This document shows positions 39,330 through 49,793 of a stretch of 64,000 nt of DNA, piece by piece (the stretch's first letter is position 1; every line of letters starts with the position of its first letter). This DNA comes from an uncultured Croceicoccus sp. (GTDB taxonomy: Bacteria; Pseudomonadota; Alphaproteobacteria; Sphingomonadales; Sphingomonadaceae), in contig NZ_CANMCP010000002.1 in NCBI RefSeq assembly GCF_947496385.1, positions 229,035 through 293,034 on the forward strand, given 5' to 3'. Below the pieces are notes generated by a model. It saw only the letters and a list, made by a program, of their open reading frames with translations, was not told the DNA's origin and did not search any database. A program made the translations under genes and the position numbers.

Positions 39330-39468
39330 GATCCGTCGGAGCGCGCGGATTTAGCGGGTTTTGCCCGGCGGTCAAGTGGAACTTGGCGGCGTTCGCCATG
39401 GCCCGCTGTGCGCGCCGCGCATCGCCAACGGGCTTTGCGCAACCCGCGAAACGCGCTAGCCACAGGGC

Positions 39469-40200
39469 ATGAACGACTCCCCGCACAGGATCGATGCCGC
39501 CCGGGTCGGGCATTTTCGCTTCTACGATCTCGTCATGGCGGCTTTCGTCATGATCGTGCTGCTGTCCAATGTCATCGGCGCATCGAAACTTAGCTACATC
39601 ACCCTGCCCGGCGGCACGCAATGGGTGTTCGGCGCGGGCGTTCTCTTCTTTCCGGTCAGCTATATCATCGGTGACGTCCTGACCGAGGTCTACGGCTATG
39701 CCCGGGCGCGGCGGGTCATCTGGACGGGGTTTGCGGCGCTTTTGTTCATGGCGTTCATGGCATGGGCGGTCGTCTCCCTGCCGCCGGCCGACGGGTGGGA
39801 GGGGCAGGATGCCTACGAATTCGTGTTCGGCAATACCTGGCGCATCGTGGCCGCCTCCATCGTGGCATTCTGGGTCGGGGAATTCGCCAATTCCTACGTC
39901 CTTGCAAAGATGAAGAGCCGGATGCAGGGGCGGCATCTGTGGATGCGGATCATCGGATCGACCGTCGTGGGGCAAGGGCTGGACAGCCTGATCTTCTATC
40001 CGGTCGCGTTTCTGGGCGTGCCGGGCTTTCCGCCGGAGCTCGTCGCGCAGGCGGTCGTGTCGCAATGGGCGATCAAGACCGGGTGGGAGGCGCTGCTGAC
40101 CCCGGTGACCTATCGCGTGATCGGCGCGCTCAAACGCGCAGAGGCGGTCGACGTGTACGATGAAACGACCGATTTCTCACCCTTCGCGAAGGGCGGCTGA
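39469..40200 (+). CDS. yhhQ: queuosine-precursor transporter YhhQ (DUF165)
   Basis: 243 aa with 6 TM helices and FPVSYIIGDVLTEVYGY, GEFANSYVLAKMK motifs. Confidence 0.85.
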   Translation: MNDSPHRIDAARVGHFRFYDLVMAAFVMIVLLSNVIGASKLSYITLPGGTQWVFGAGVLFFPVSYIIGDVLTEVYGYARARRVIWTGFAALLFMAFMAWAVVSLPPADGWEGQDAYEFVFGNTWRIVAASIVAFWVGEFANSYVLAKMKSRMQGRHLWMRIIGSTVVGQGLDSLIFYPVAFLGVPGFPPELVAQAVVSQWAIKTGWEALLTPVTYRVIGALKRAEAVDVYDETTDFSPFAKGG

Positions 40201-40218
40201 ACCGGTCGGGCGTCCGCA

Positions 40219-40704
40219 TCACGCGGCGGCGGTGCGCGGTTCGTCGTTCGTATCGCCGCCCTCGCATCGTTCTTCGCCCTGCTCGAACAGCGCGCGCAGC
40301 TGCTCCACCGCCTTGCGTGCGTTGACGCCGAGGAGAAAGGCGATTTCATCGCTGTCGTTTTCCATGTCCTTCATGATTTCATGGTCCGGCCCGACGAACG
40401 CCATCCGCCATTCGCCGAACATGCGCGCATCGACCGGGCTGAAATCGATGAGATTGACGTCGACATGGCGCAGATCGCGGCAGATACTCTCGAACAGGCT
40501 CTCCACGCTGGCCGCCGGTCCCTCGAGCACCTGCACGAACTTGGTACCGTCGAACAGCAGGCCGCCGCTCACCCCGCTTTGCCGGTTGCGATGGCTGGCC
40601 CCGCCGACGATCTCGCGCACCATGGTTTCGCCGGCCTGATCGCCGGGCGCCGCCGTGCTGCTATAGAGAAGCCGGCACAGCATGTCGGAGGACGGCGGGC
40701 TCAT
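40219..40704 (-). CDS. BLUF-domain blue-light photoreceptor (short, stand-alone)
   Basis: ATG 40704 has an ATGA overlap with the upstream gene's stop. LLYSS (Tyr), GGLLFDGTKFVQVLEG (Gln) and FGEWRM (Trp/Met) are the BLUF photocycle residues. A ~60-aa helical C-terminal extension follows. Confidence 0.85.
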   Translation of the reverse strand: MSPPSSDMLCRLLYSSTAAPGDQAGETMVREIVGGASHRNRQSGVSGGLLFDGTKFVQVLEGPAASVESLFESICRDLRHVDVNLIDFSPVDARMFGEWRMAFVGPDHEIMKDMENDSDEIAFLLGVNARKAVEQLRALFEQGEERCEGGDTNDEPRTAAA

Positions 40705-42734
40705 GCGGCGGTCCTGTCCTTGCCCGCGCGGAGCAGGTCGATGAAGGCATCGCAATCGAGCGGATGGCTGATGAGGAAGCCTTGCAGGCAGTCGCATCCC
40801 TGCGCGGTCATGAAATCATGCTGCGCGCGCGTTTCGATCCCTTCTGCGGTCACGCTCATCTCCAGGCTGGTGCCGAGCTGTATCAGCGATTTGACGATCG
40901 ACATGCTCTGCAGATCGTCGGGCAGGCTTTGAATGAACGACTGGTCGATCTTGATCCGGTCGATCGGGAAACGGTGCAGATAGCTCAGCGAGGAATAGCC
41001 GCAGCCGAAATCGTCGAGGGCGATCCGCACGCCGATCGCGCTGATCCGGTTGAGGATCCGCATGGCGATCTCGTCATTTTCGATGAGCGCGGTTTCGGTA
41101 ATTTCCAGCTCCAGCCGCGAGGGGTCCAGCCCCGCATGCGCAAGCGCGCGCGCCACCGTCTGCGGGAGGCGGGGATCGAGCAGCTGTACCGGCGACAGGT
41201 TGACGGACAGGGTGATGTCGCTGCCCCAGGACGCGGCATCGCAGCATGCGCGATTGAGCACGCTGGCCCCGATGCGGGAGATCAGGCCCAGCTCCTCCGC
41301 AATCGGGATGAATTCCGACGGCGCCATGTCGCCGCGCTCGTCGCTGTGCCAGCGCAGCAAAGCCTCCGCACCGATGATGCGGCCCGTCGCGGCATGGGTG
41401 ATCGGTTGATAGACCAGCGTGAATTCGTCGCGCAGACAGGCGCGGCGCAGATCGGCGGCGATGGCGCGGCGGCGCTCCATCCGCTCGCCCAGCTCCGCAT
41501 TGAACAGACAGTGATTGCCGCGCCCCTCCTTCTTCACCGCGTAAAGCGCGATGTCGGCGCATTGCACCAGCCGCTCCGGATCGTCGGCGTTCAAGGGAGC
41601 GAGCGCGACGCCGACGCTCGCCCCGGTTTCGGCCACGTTCCCCTCGATCACATAGGGGCGCCGGAGCAGTTCGCCGATCCGGGCGGCCAGCGCGTCCGCG
41701 TCCTCGCTATGGTCGATGCCGGGTGCGACCACGGCGAATTCGTCACCGCCCACCCGCGCGATCAGATCGCCGGGACGCACCGCCGCGCCGATTCTCTTGG
41801 CCACGCGGCGCAGAACCTCGTCCCCGGTCCGGTGCCCCAGCGTATCGTTGACCGGTTTGAACCTGTCGAGATCGATCAGGATGAGCGCGAAGCTTTCCTC
41901 CCCCGCCCGGGCCATCCGGCAATGTTTCGCCACGGCATTGCCGAATCCGCGTCGATTGATGATCTTCGTGAGGTCGTCATGAAGGGCAAGATGACGCAGG
42001 TTCGCACGGGCAAGCTGCCCATGACGTTCGACGAAATGCGCCGATATGCCGATCAACATGATGAGCAGCGCGGCCAGCGCGATGACCACGGCCATCGCCG
42101 GGAACGGTTCGCTCGCTACCCCCGTGGCGCCCATGGCCGGCATCACGGTGAAGCCCGCCATCCCGGTGAAATGCAGGCCGAAAACCGCGACGGTCAGGAT
42201 CGCGACCGGCCGCAACGCATGCCCCTGTGTCGCTTTCGTCTTCATCACGCAGATCGCCGCGATGAACAACACCATCGACATTCCGGCAGCGAGCGCAACC
42301 CAGCCAGGCAACCACCGCACGATCCCGTCCACGCGATAGGCCAACATGCCCACGCAATGCATCGCCGCGATGGACAGGCCGACAATGGCCCCGCCGACCA
42401 CGCCCGCGATCAAGCCATTGCGATGCATCGCGACCAGCAGCCCCACATATGTGCCCAGAATGGCGGTCAGCGCGGATGCGATGGTCAATGTCGCATCGAA
42501 GGTCACAATCGTGCCGGGATCATATCCCAGCATGGCGATGAAATGGGTGGACCAGTACACCATGCCGCCCGTCGTCGCCGCAAGCAGCGCCCAGTAGAAC
42601 CGCGCCGGCCCGCGCTCCGTAAAGGTCCGATGGCTCAACCGTACGAAGGTGAACGAGCCCAGCACGCACATCAGCAGGGCCAGGAAAACCAGCCACAGAT
42701 TATGCTCCTGCATGAAACAGGCCGCGACCCGCAT
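40701..42734 (-). CDS. MHYT-GGDEF-EAL membrane signalling protein (c-di-GMP synthase/phosphodiesterase)
   Basis: 677 aa with three MHYT-type motifs (THFIAM, MHCVGM, LHFTGM) in a 7-TM N-domain. The I-site RPGD and GGDEF are intact, as are EALLRW, DDFGCGYSS, KIDQSF and EGIET. Confidence 0.9.
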   Translation of the reverse strand: MRVAACFMQEHNLWLVFLALLMCVLGSFTFVRLSHRTFTERGPARFYWALLAATTGGMVYWSTHFIAMLGYDPGTIVTFDATLTIASALTAILGTYVGLLVAMHRNGLIAGVVGGAIVGLSIAAMHCVGMLAYRVDGIVRWLPGWVALAAGMSMVLFIAAICVMKTKATQGHALRPVAILTVAVFGLHFTGMAGFTVMPAMGATGVASEPFPAMAVVIALAALLIMLIGISAHFVERHGQLARANLRHLALHDDLTKIINRRGFGNAVAKHCRMARAGEESFALILIDLDRFKPVNDTLGHRTGDEVLRRVAKRIGAAVRPGDLIARVGGDEFAVVAPGIDHSEDADALAARIGELLRRPYVIEGNVAETGASVGVALAPLNADDPERLVQCADIALYAVKKEGRGNHCLFNAELGERMERRRAIAADLRRACLRDEFTLVYQPITHAATGRIIGAEALLRWHSDERGDMAPSEFIPIAEELGLISRIGASVLNRACCDAASWGSDITLSVNLSPVQLLDPRLPQTVARALAHAGLDPSRLELEITETALIENDEIAMRILNRISAIGVRIALDDFGCGYSSLSYLHRFPIDRIKIDQSFIQSLPDDLQSMSIVKSLIQLGTSLEMSVTAEGIETRAQHDFMTAQGCDCLQGFLISHPLDCDAFIDLLRAGKDRTAA

Positions 42735-42903
42735 TATCCTGCTCCCACGCGAACGAACACGACGTTATCGGACCGGATATGCACGCAAAGCCGATAAGAA
42801 CGGGTTAATCGCATCCTATGGCAGAGCGGCGCGTGACCGGCGCGGCACCGGGAATCGCCGACGTGCTTTGACGCCCGTGCCCCTATCGCGGTAGGGCATT
42901 GCG

Positions 42904-44631
42904 ATGACGATGATGACCGGTTCCCTCCCCGCGATGCGCCGCGCTCTTGTGGCGCTCGGCCTTTGCGTATTGGCGCTTGCGATGTTGGGCGGGGTGGCGG
43001 GCGCGCAATCGGGGGACGGGCCGCCCGTCTACGAACGCGATGCGATCAATGCCGGCCTTCCGGGGGAACCGCCGGGGTATTACGATACGCCGCAGGCCAC
43101 GATGGAAAGCTTTCACGACGCGGCGGAGCGCGAGGACTGGACCGCAGCGGCCCATGCGCTCGACCTCGGTTTCCTCCCGCCGGAGCAGCAGGCCCGCGCC
43201 GGGCCTCGCCTCGCGCGGCAGTTTTACGCCGTGCTCGGCCGGGCGATGACGCTCGACTGGGACGCATTGCCGGATCGTCCCGATGCGCTCGACGTGACGA
43301 GTTCGGGCAAGAACCCCATGGCCGGCGTACCGCGCCGCGACATCCGGCTCGGCCGGATCGACATGCCGACCCGCGCCGTCACCGTCCGCATCGCCCGCTA
43401 CCGCGCCGGCGATGGCGATCCGCGCTGGCTCATCGCGGGACAGACGGTGCAGAACCTCCCGCAGCTCTACGAACGATACGGTCCCACCGGGTTCGAGCAG
43501 GCCCTGCCCGACATGTTGCGCCAGCCTGCGTTCTGGACCCTGCTATGGTGGGAGGTGATCGCGTTGCCGTTCGTCATCGCCGTGGCGTTCCTGGCCGCTG
43601 CGCTGACCTGGCGGTCGCTGCGTTCGCTGTCCGATCATTATGGCGACAAATGGATCGTCGGCGTGCTCGACGCGGTGCGCACGCCGGTTGCGCTGTTTGC
43701 CTTTGCCGGGACGTTCGCGCTGATGCGGCAATTGTTCTTCACCTTTTCGGGGCCGATCGCCGCCATTCTCGACCCGGTGCAGATTCTCGCCATCGTGCTG
43801 GCCATCGCGTCGATTTTCCTCGCCGTGATCGAAGGCATTCTCGACACCGTCGCGCAGAACCAGATCGACGACATCAGCGAGCCGGAGGCAGAGCGCGACC
43901 GCAATTACTATACCACGCTGTCGGCGGTGCGGCGCATCGTGATCGTCATCCTCCTCCTTGTCGCGATCGGGGGCGTCCTTATTCAGACGAACCTGACCGA
44001 AACGCTCGGCTTTTCGCTTGTGGCATCGGCGGGTTTCCTCACGCTGATCCTCGCCTTTGCCGCGCGCACGATGCTCTCCGACGTGATGGCCTCGCTCCAG
44101 ATCGCCTTTTCCAAGACGGCGCGCATCGGCGATGCCGTGAAATATGACGGCAGCTGGTCCTATGTCGAGAAGATCGGCTTTACCCATCTGCGCCTGCGCA
44201 CGTGGGATGAGCGGCGCGTGCTCGTCCCCGTGGGCGAATTCGTGCAATCCAGCTTCGAGAACTGGACCAAGACCGATCCCTCGTTGATGGAGGTGGCGCG
44301 GCTCCATCTCGACCATCGTGCCGACATTGCGAAGCTGCGCGAGGAATTCGAGAAATTCGTCGCGGACGACGATGATGCGATCTCTCCCGAAGAGGCGAAA
44401 TTGCAGGTGGTCGACCACACCGACCGGGCCATGGTGGTGCGCATGATCGTGCGCGCGACCGACCCGTCGACCGGGTGGGACATGCTGTGCCGCCTGCGCG
44501 AACACATGCTGCGCACGGCGGCGCGGATGGACGCCGCGGCCGGCGCAGAGCCCGCGCCCGCCTTCCTCCCCCGCGAGCGCGAGGTGCGCATGGACGAAAA
44601 CGGGGCCGAGAACGGGGACGCCGCGCAATGA
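42904..44631 (+). CDS. MscS-family mechanosensitive channel with a large periplasmic N-domain
   Basis: 575 aa with a signal peptide, several TM helices and the MscS beta-domain pattern IGDAVKYDGSWSYVEKIGFTHLRLRTWDERRVLVP. Confidence 0.85.
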   Translation: MTMMTGSLPAMRRALVALGLCVLALAMLGGVAGAQSGDGPPVYERDAINAGLPGEPPGYYDTPQATMESFHDAAEREDWTAAAHALDLGFLPPEQQARAGPRLARQFYAVLGRAMTLDWDALPDRPDALDVTSSGKNPMAGVPRRDIRLGRIDMPTRAVTVRIARYRAGDGDPRWLIAGQTVQNLPQLYERYGPTGFEQALPDMLRQPAFWTLLWWEVIALPFVIAVAFLAAALTWRSLRSLSDHYGDKWIVGVLDAVRTPVALFAFAGTFALMRQLFFTFSGPIAAILDPVQILAIVLAIASIFLAVIEGILDTVAQNQIDDISEPEAERDRNYYTTLSAVRRIVIVILLLVAIGGVLIQTNLTETLGFSLVASAGFLTLILAFAARTMLSDVMASLQIAFSKTARIGDAVKYDGSWSYVEKIGFTHLRLRTWDERRVLVPVGEFVQSSFENWTKTDPSLMEVARLHLDHRADIAKLREEFEKFVADDDDAISPEEAKLQVVDHTDRAMVVRMIVRATDPSTGWDMLCRLREHMLRTAARMDAAAGAEPAPAFLPREREVRMDENGAENGDAAQ

Positions 44632-45059
44632 CACGTGGCAAACGCACCATCGGCCACGCCCCCACGGCGCAGGAGATGGAGGCCATGGCCCGCCGCGCGC
44701 TCGCCGCGCTGCCCCCCGCCTTCGCCGCCCATTGCGAGGGAATCGTCCTCAGCATCGAGGATTTCGCCGACGACGAAACGCTCCAGAGCGTCGGCCTCGA
44801 CGAACCGTTCGAACTCACCGGCATTTACGAGGGCATTCCCCTTTCCGACAAGAGTATCGAGCATTCCGGCACGATGCCCGACCGGGTCCGGCTGTTTCGC
44901 CGTCCGATCCTCGACGAATGGGCGGAGCGGGGGGACGAAACGCTCGAACATCTGGTCGCGCATGTCGTGATCCACGAAATCGGCCACCATTTCGGATTGT
45001 CGGACGACGACATGCACGCCTTGGAAGAGGCGGCGGACCCGGACACGGCGGGGGGATAG
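44628..45059 (+). CDS. zinicin-like metallopeptidase family protein (DUF1025-type)
   Basis: ATG 44628 has an ATGA overlap with the MscS gene stop. It is 143 aa with the HEIGHH zinc motif. Confidence 0.7.
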   Translation: MTRGKRTIGHAPTAQEMEAMARRALAALPPAFAAHCEGIVLSIEDFADDETLQSVGLDEPFELTGIYEGIPLSDKSIEHSGTMPDRVRLFRRPILDEWAERGDETLEHLVAHVVIHEIGHHFGLSDDDMHALEEAADPDTAGG

Positions 45060-45100
45060 GACCGCTTGCGTTTCGGTGCGGGGCGGGCATTATCGCGGCC

Positions 45101-46135
<1,035 letters not shown>

Positions 46136-46139
46136 GAAA

Positions 46140-48230
46140 TCACACCCGCTCGGCCTGCGCCACCGCGTCGCTGGCGCGCAATGCGCTGACGATGCGGGTG
46201 AGGTGGGCGAGGTCGCGCACCTCGATGTCCACCTCGTAATTGCCGAAAAGCTCGTCGCGCGATTGGAGCGAGAGATTGGCGATATTGGCGTGATGCGCGC
46301 TGAACAATCCAGTCATTTCGGAGAGCGTGCCCATGCGGTTGTAGAGCATGACCTTCAACCGCCCGGTCGCCCCGTCGGTGGTCGGGTCCCATTGCAGGTC
46401 GATCCATTGCTCCGACGTGTTTTTCGCAAGTTCGAGGCAATCGATCGCGTGGACGCACACCGTTTTCCCCGCGCGCAGCCCGACGATGCGGTCGCCCGGC
46501 ACCGGATGGCAGCATGTCGAAAGCTCGAACGCCGTCCCTTTCTTGAGCCCGCGCACACGCACCGCGCGTTCCGGCGAGTGCCAGAAGCTGTCGTCGGGCA
46601 GGTCCGCGGCGCTGCCAGGGACGAGCGCCTCCATCAATTCCCTCTCGCTCAACCGCGCTTCGCCGATGGCGAGCAGCATCGCCGTCTCATCCGCCATGTC
46701 CAGCCGTTTGAGCGCGGCATTGCGCGCTTTCGTCCCGATCTTCTGCGGGAGGCGGGCCACCACCGAATCGTAGATTTCGCCGCCGATGCGGACCATCTCG
46801 TCCCGCTCCTTCATCCGCACCGAACGACGGATCGCGGCGCGCGCCTTGCCCGTGACCACAAAGCTCAGCCAGTGGAGCTGCGGCTCGGTATCGTTGCCCT
46901 TGATGATTTCCACGATGTCGCCGTTGGAGAGCGGCGTGCGCAGCGGCATGTGGCGCCCGTTGATCTTTGCGCCCACCGCCGTCCCGCCAAGGTCGGTATG
47001 CACGGCAAAGGCAAAATCCACCGGCGTCGCCCCCTTGGGCAGCTGATACAGCGCGCCCTTGGGCGTAAAGGCGAAGATGCGATCCTGATACATCGCCAGC
47101 TTCGCATGTTCGAGCAGCTCTTCCGCATCCTGCGCCGTGTCGAGAATCTCGATGAGGTCGCGTAGCCAGCCGACCTGCCCGTCGGGCGTCGCCCCGCCCT
47201 GCTTATACGCCCAGTGGGCGGCGAGGCCGAATTCATTGGTGCGGTGCATTTCGCCGGTGCGGATCTGCACCTCCATCCGCATCGAATTCTCGAACACCAA
47301 TGCCGTGTGGAGCGAGCGATAGCCGTTCGATTTCGGCGTCGAGATATAATCCTTGAACCGCCCCGGAATCATCGACCATGTGCGGTGCAGCACGCCCAAG
47401 GCCCGGTAACAATCTTCCGCCGTGTCGGTGATGACGCGAAACGCCATGATGTCGGTGATCTGTTCGAAACTCACATGGCGTTCGGCCATCTTCTTCCAGA
47501 TGGAATAGGGGTGCTTTTCCCGGCCCGACACCTCGACATTGAGCCCCGCCTCGGCCAGCGCCTGCTTGATCGCCCAGGCGATGTCGTCGACCTGCCCGCC
47601 CTCCTGGCTGCGGATCTGCGCGAGGCGGCCGGTGATCGTGCCATAGGCTTCGGGTTCGAGCTGTTCGAAGGCGAGCAGTTGCATCTCGCGCATGTATTCG
47701 TACATGCCGACCCGCTCCGCCAGCGGCGCGTAAATATCCATCGTCTCGCGCGCGATGCGGCGGCGTTTCTCCGGTTTGGAGATGAAGTGCAGCGTGCGCA
47801 TGTTGTGCAGCCGGTCGGCAAGCTTCACCAGCAGCACGCGCAGATCCTCGCTCATCGCGAGGAGGAACTTGCGCAGGTTTTCGGCCGCGCGCTCGTTCTC
47901 GGCCATCTGCTCGATCTTCGACAGCTTCGTCACGCCATCGACGAGGCGCGCGACATCCGCGCCGAAATTGCGCTCTATGTCGTCGATGGTGGCCAGCGTA
48001 TCCTCCACCGTGTCGTGGAGCAGCGCGGTGACGATCGTTTCCTGATCGAGCTTGAGATCGGTCATCAGGCCCGCGACCTCGACCGGGTGGCTGAAATACG
48101 GATCGCCCGATGCGCGTTTCTGCGTGCCGTGTTTCTGCACGGTATAGACATAGGCGCGGTTGAGCATCGCCTCGTCCGCATCGGGATCGTAGGATTTTAC
48201 ACGTTCGACAAGTTCGTATTGGCGCAGCAT
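46140..48230 (-). CDS. spoT: bifunctional (p)ppGpp synthetase/hydrolase (RelA/SpoT homologue, Rsh)
   Basis: ATG 48230 (MLRQYELVERV...) inside ORF 46140..48644. It is 696 aa with the HD motif HDTVEDT, a synthetase domain, and TGS and ACT regions. Confidence 0.93.
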   Translation of the reverse strand: MLRQYELVERVKSYDPDADEAMLNRAYVYTVQKHGTQKRASGDPYFSHPVEVAGLMTDLKLDQETIVTALLHDTVEDTLATIDDIERNFGADVARLVDGVTKLSKIEQMAENERAAENLRKFLLAMSEDLRVLLVKLADRLHNMRTLHFISKPEKRRRIARETMDIYAPLAERVGMYEYMREMQLLAFEQLEPEAYGTITGRLAQIRSQEGGQVDDIAWAIKQALAEAGLNVEVSGREKHPYSIWKKMAERHVSFEQITDIMAFRVITDTAEDCYRALGVLHRTWSMIPGRFKDYISTPKSNGYRSLHTALVFENSMRMEVQIRTGEMHRTNEFGLAAHWAYKQGGATPDGQVGWLRDLIEILDTAQDAEELLEHAKLAMYQDRIFAFTPKGALYQLPKGATPVDFAFAVHTDLGGTAVGAKINGRHMPLRTPLSNGDIVEIIKGNDTEPQLHWLSFVVTGKARAAIRRSVRMKERDEMVRIGGEIYDSVVARLPQKIGTKARNAALKRLDMADETAMLLAIGEARLSERELMEALVPGSAADLPDDSFWHSPERAVRVRGLKKGTAFELSTCCHPVPGDRIVGLRAGKTVCVHAIDCLELAKNTSEQWIDLQWDPTTDGATGRLKVMLYNRMGTLSEMTGLFSAHHANIANLSLQSRDELFGNYEVDIEVRDLAHLTRIVSALRASDAVAQAERV

Positions 48231-48319
48231 CGAAAACAGGATGTGCGGATTATTGCGCGCATTGCAATCGCATTCGCCATATATTTCCAACGCATGGGCC
48301 GGTGCCGCCCGGCGGCGCC

Positions 48320-48868
48320 CTAAACCGCGATCTCGCGCCATTCGCCGGGTGCGAGCCCGTCCAGCGTCCATTCCCCCACCTGCCAGCGCACCAGCCGCAG
48401 CGTCGGATGCCCCACCGCCGCCGTCATGCGCCGCACCTGCCGGTTGCGCCCCTCCGCAATGGTGAGCGCGATCCAGCGGTCGGGCACGGTCTTGCGAAAC
48501 CGCACGGGGGGTACGCGCTCCCATATCGCGGGCGGGTCCATGCGTTCGGCGCGCGCGGGCCGGGTCGTGCCGTCCTTCAACGCGACCCCGCGGCGCAGGC
48601 GTTCGAGCGCGGCATCGTCCGGCTCGCCCTCGACCTGCGCCCAATAGGTCTTGGGCAATTTGTAGCGCGGCTCCGCGATGCGCGATTGCAACCGCCCATC
48701 GTCGGTGAGCAGCAGCAGCCCCTCGCTATCCTTGTCCAGCCGCCCGGCGGGATAGACGCCCGGCACATCGACGAAGGACGCGAGCGTGTCGCGCGCATCG
48801 CCGCCCGCCCCGCCGCTGAACTGCGACTGCACGCCGAACGGCTTGTTGAGCAGGATCAGCCGCGCCAC
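48320..48868 (-). CDS. rluE: rRNA pseudouridine synthase, RluE-like (RsuA family, no S4 domain)
   Basis: 182 aa with a GTG start. It has the catalytic PAGRLDKDSEGLLLLTDDG and IAEGRNRQVRRM. Confidence 0.85.
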   Translation of the reverse strand: MARLILLNKPFGVQSQFSGGAGGDARDTLASFVDVPGVYPAGRLDKDSEGLLLLTDDGRLQSRIAEPRYKLPKTYWAQVEGEPDDAALERLRRGVALKDGTTRPARAERMDPPAIWERVPPVRFRKTVPDRWIALTIAEGRNRQVRRMTAAVGHPTLRLVRWQVGEWTLDGLAPGEWREIAV

Positions 48869-48875
48869 CCTCCGC

Positions 48876-49748
48876 TCAATTCCACGCCGCGAGAGGGGGC
48901 AGGCTCATCAAGATGGCATCGATATTCCCCCCGGTCTTCAGCCCGAACAGCGTGCCCCGGTCATGCACCAGATTGAATTCGGCGTAGCGCCCCCGCCATT
49001 CGAGCATGCGGGCATAGTCCGCGTCATCCCATTCATGATCCATGCGGCGCCGCACGATGTCGGGAAAGGACGCCAGGAACGCCTCCCCCACGTCGCGGGT
49101 GAAGGCGAAATTATCGGCGAACTGCCTCTCGTCCGCGCATTCCAGATGGTCGTAGAATATGCCCCCCACGCCGCGGTGCACGCCCCGGTGCGGGATGAAG
49201 AAATAATCGTCGGCCCATTTCTTGAACCGGGGATAATACGCATCGTCGTGCCCCTCGCATGCCTTGCGGAAGGCGTCGTGGAACTGCGCGGTATCCTCCT
49301 CATATGGGATCGGCGGGTTGAGATCGCCGCCGCCGCCGAACCATGCCGCCTGTGTCGTGAGGAAGCGGGTGTTCATGTGGACCGCGGGCACGTGCGGGTT
49401 CGCCATGTGCGCGACGAGGCTGATGCCGGTGGCGGTGAATTGCGGATGTTCGGCGCTGGCGCCATTGATGGTCGCGGCGAATTCCGGCTTGAACCGGCCA
49501 TGCACGGTGGAGACGTTCACGCCGACCTTTTCGAAGATCTTCCCCTTCATCAACCCGCGCGTCCCGCCGCCGCCGTCGGTCTCTCCCTCGTCCGGCTCGC
49601 GGGTCCAGGGGGTATATTCGAAGGCGGCATCGCTGCCGGCCTCGCGCTCGATCGCCTCGAAACTTTGGCAGATGCGCGTTCGCAGCTGTTCGAACCACTC
49701 CCTCGCGGCGGCGGTTTCGGCGGTCCAGTCGGTTTTCGCTTCGGTCAT
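48876..49748 (-). CDS. hemF: oxygen-dependent coproporphyrinogen III oxidase
   Basis: ATG 49748 (MTEAKTDW...) inside ORF 48876..50477. It is 290 aa with GGGGDLNP, RGVGGIFYD and YAEFNLVHDRGT. Confidence 0.93.
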   Translation of the reverse strand: MTEAKTDWTAETAAAREWFEQLRTRICQSFEAIEREAGSDAAFEYTPWTREPDEGETDGGGGTRGLMKGKIFEKVGVNVSTVHGRFKPEFAATINGASAEHPQFTATGISLVAHMANPHVPAVHMNTRFLTTQAAWFGGGGDLNPPIPYEEDTAQFHDAFRKACEGHDDAYYPRFKKWADDYFFIPHRGVHRGVGGIFYDHLECADERQFADNFAFTRDVGEAFLASFPDIVRRRMDHEWDDADYARMLEWRGRYAEFNLVHDRGTLFGLKTGGNIDAILMSLPPLAAWN

Positions 49749-49793
49749 GGCCCGCGCTTGCCAAAGCGGCGCGGCTGCGGCAATAGGCTTCGC

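Noticed and set aside
39330-39468. Possible preQ1 riboswitch upstream of the queuosine-precursor transporter yhhQ
   Set aside because: The only hairpin near the SD (cgcg-aaa-cgcg) has a 3-nt loop, and there is no A-rich tail or conserved preQ1-I/II/III core that I can recognise. An Rfam scan would settle it.
40764-42797. 677-aa plus-strand ORF with the same length as the MHYT-GGDEF-EAL gene on the opposite strand
   Set aside because: The equal length is coincidental. Its sequence is His/Arg/Asp-rich with no TM or catalytic motifs, whereas the minus-strand frame has complete MHYT, GGDEF and EAL signatures.
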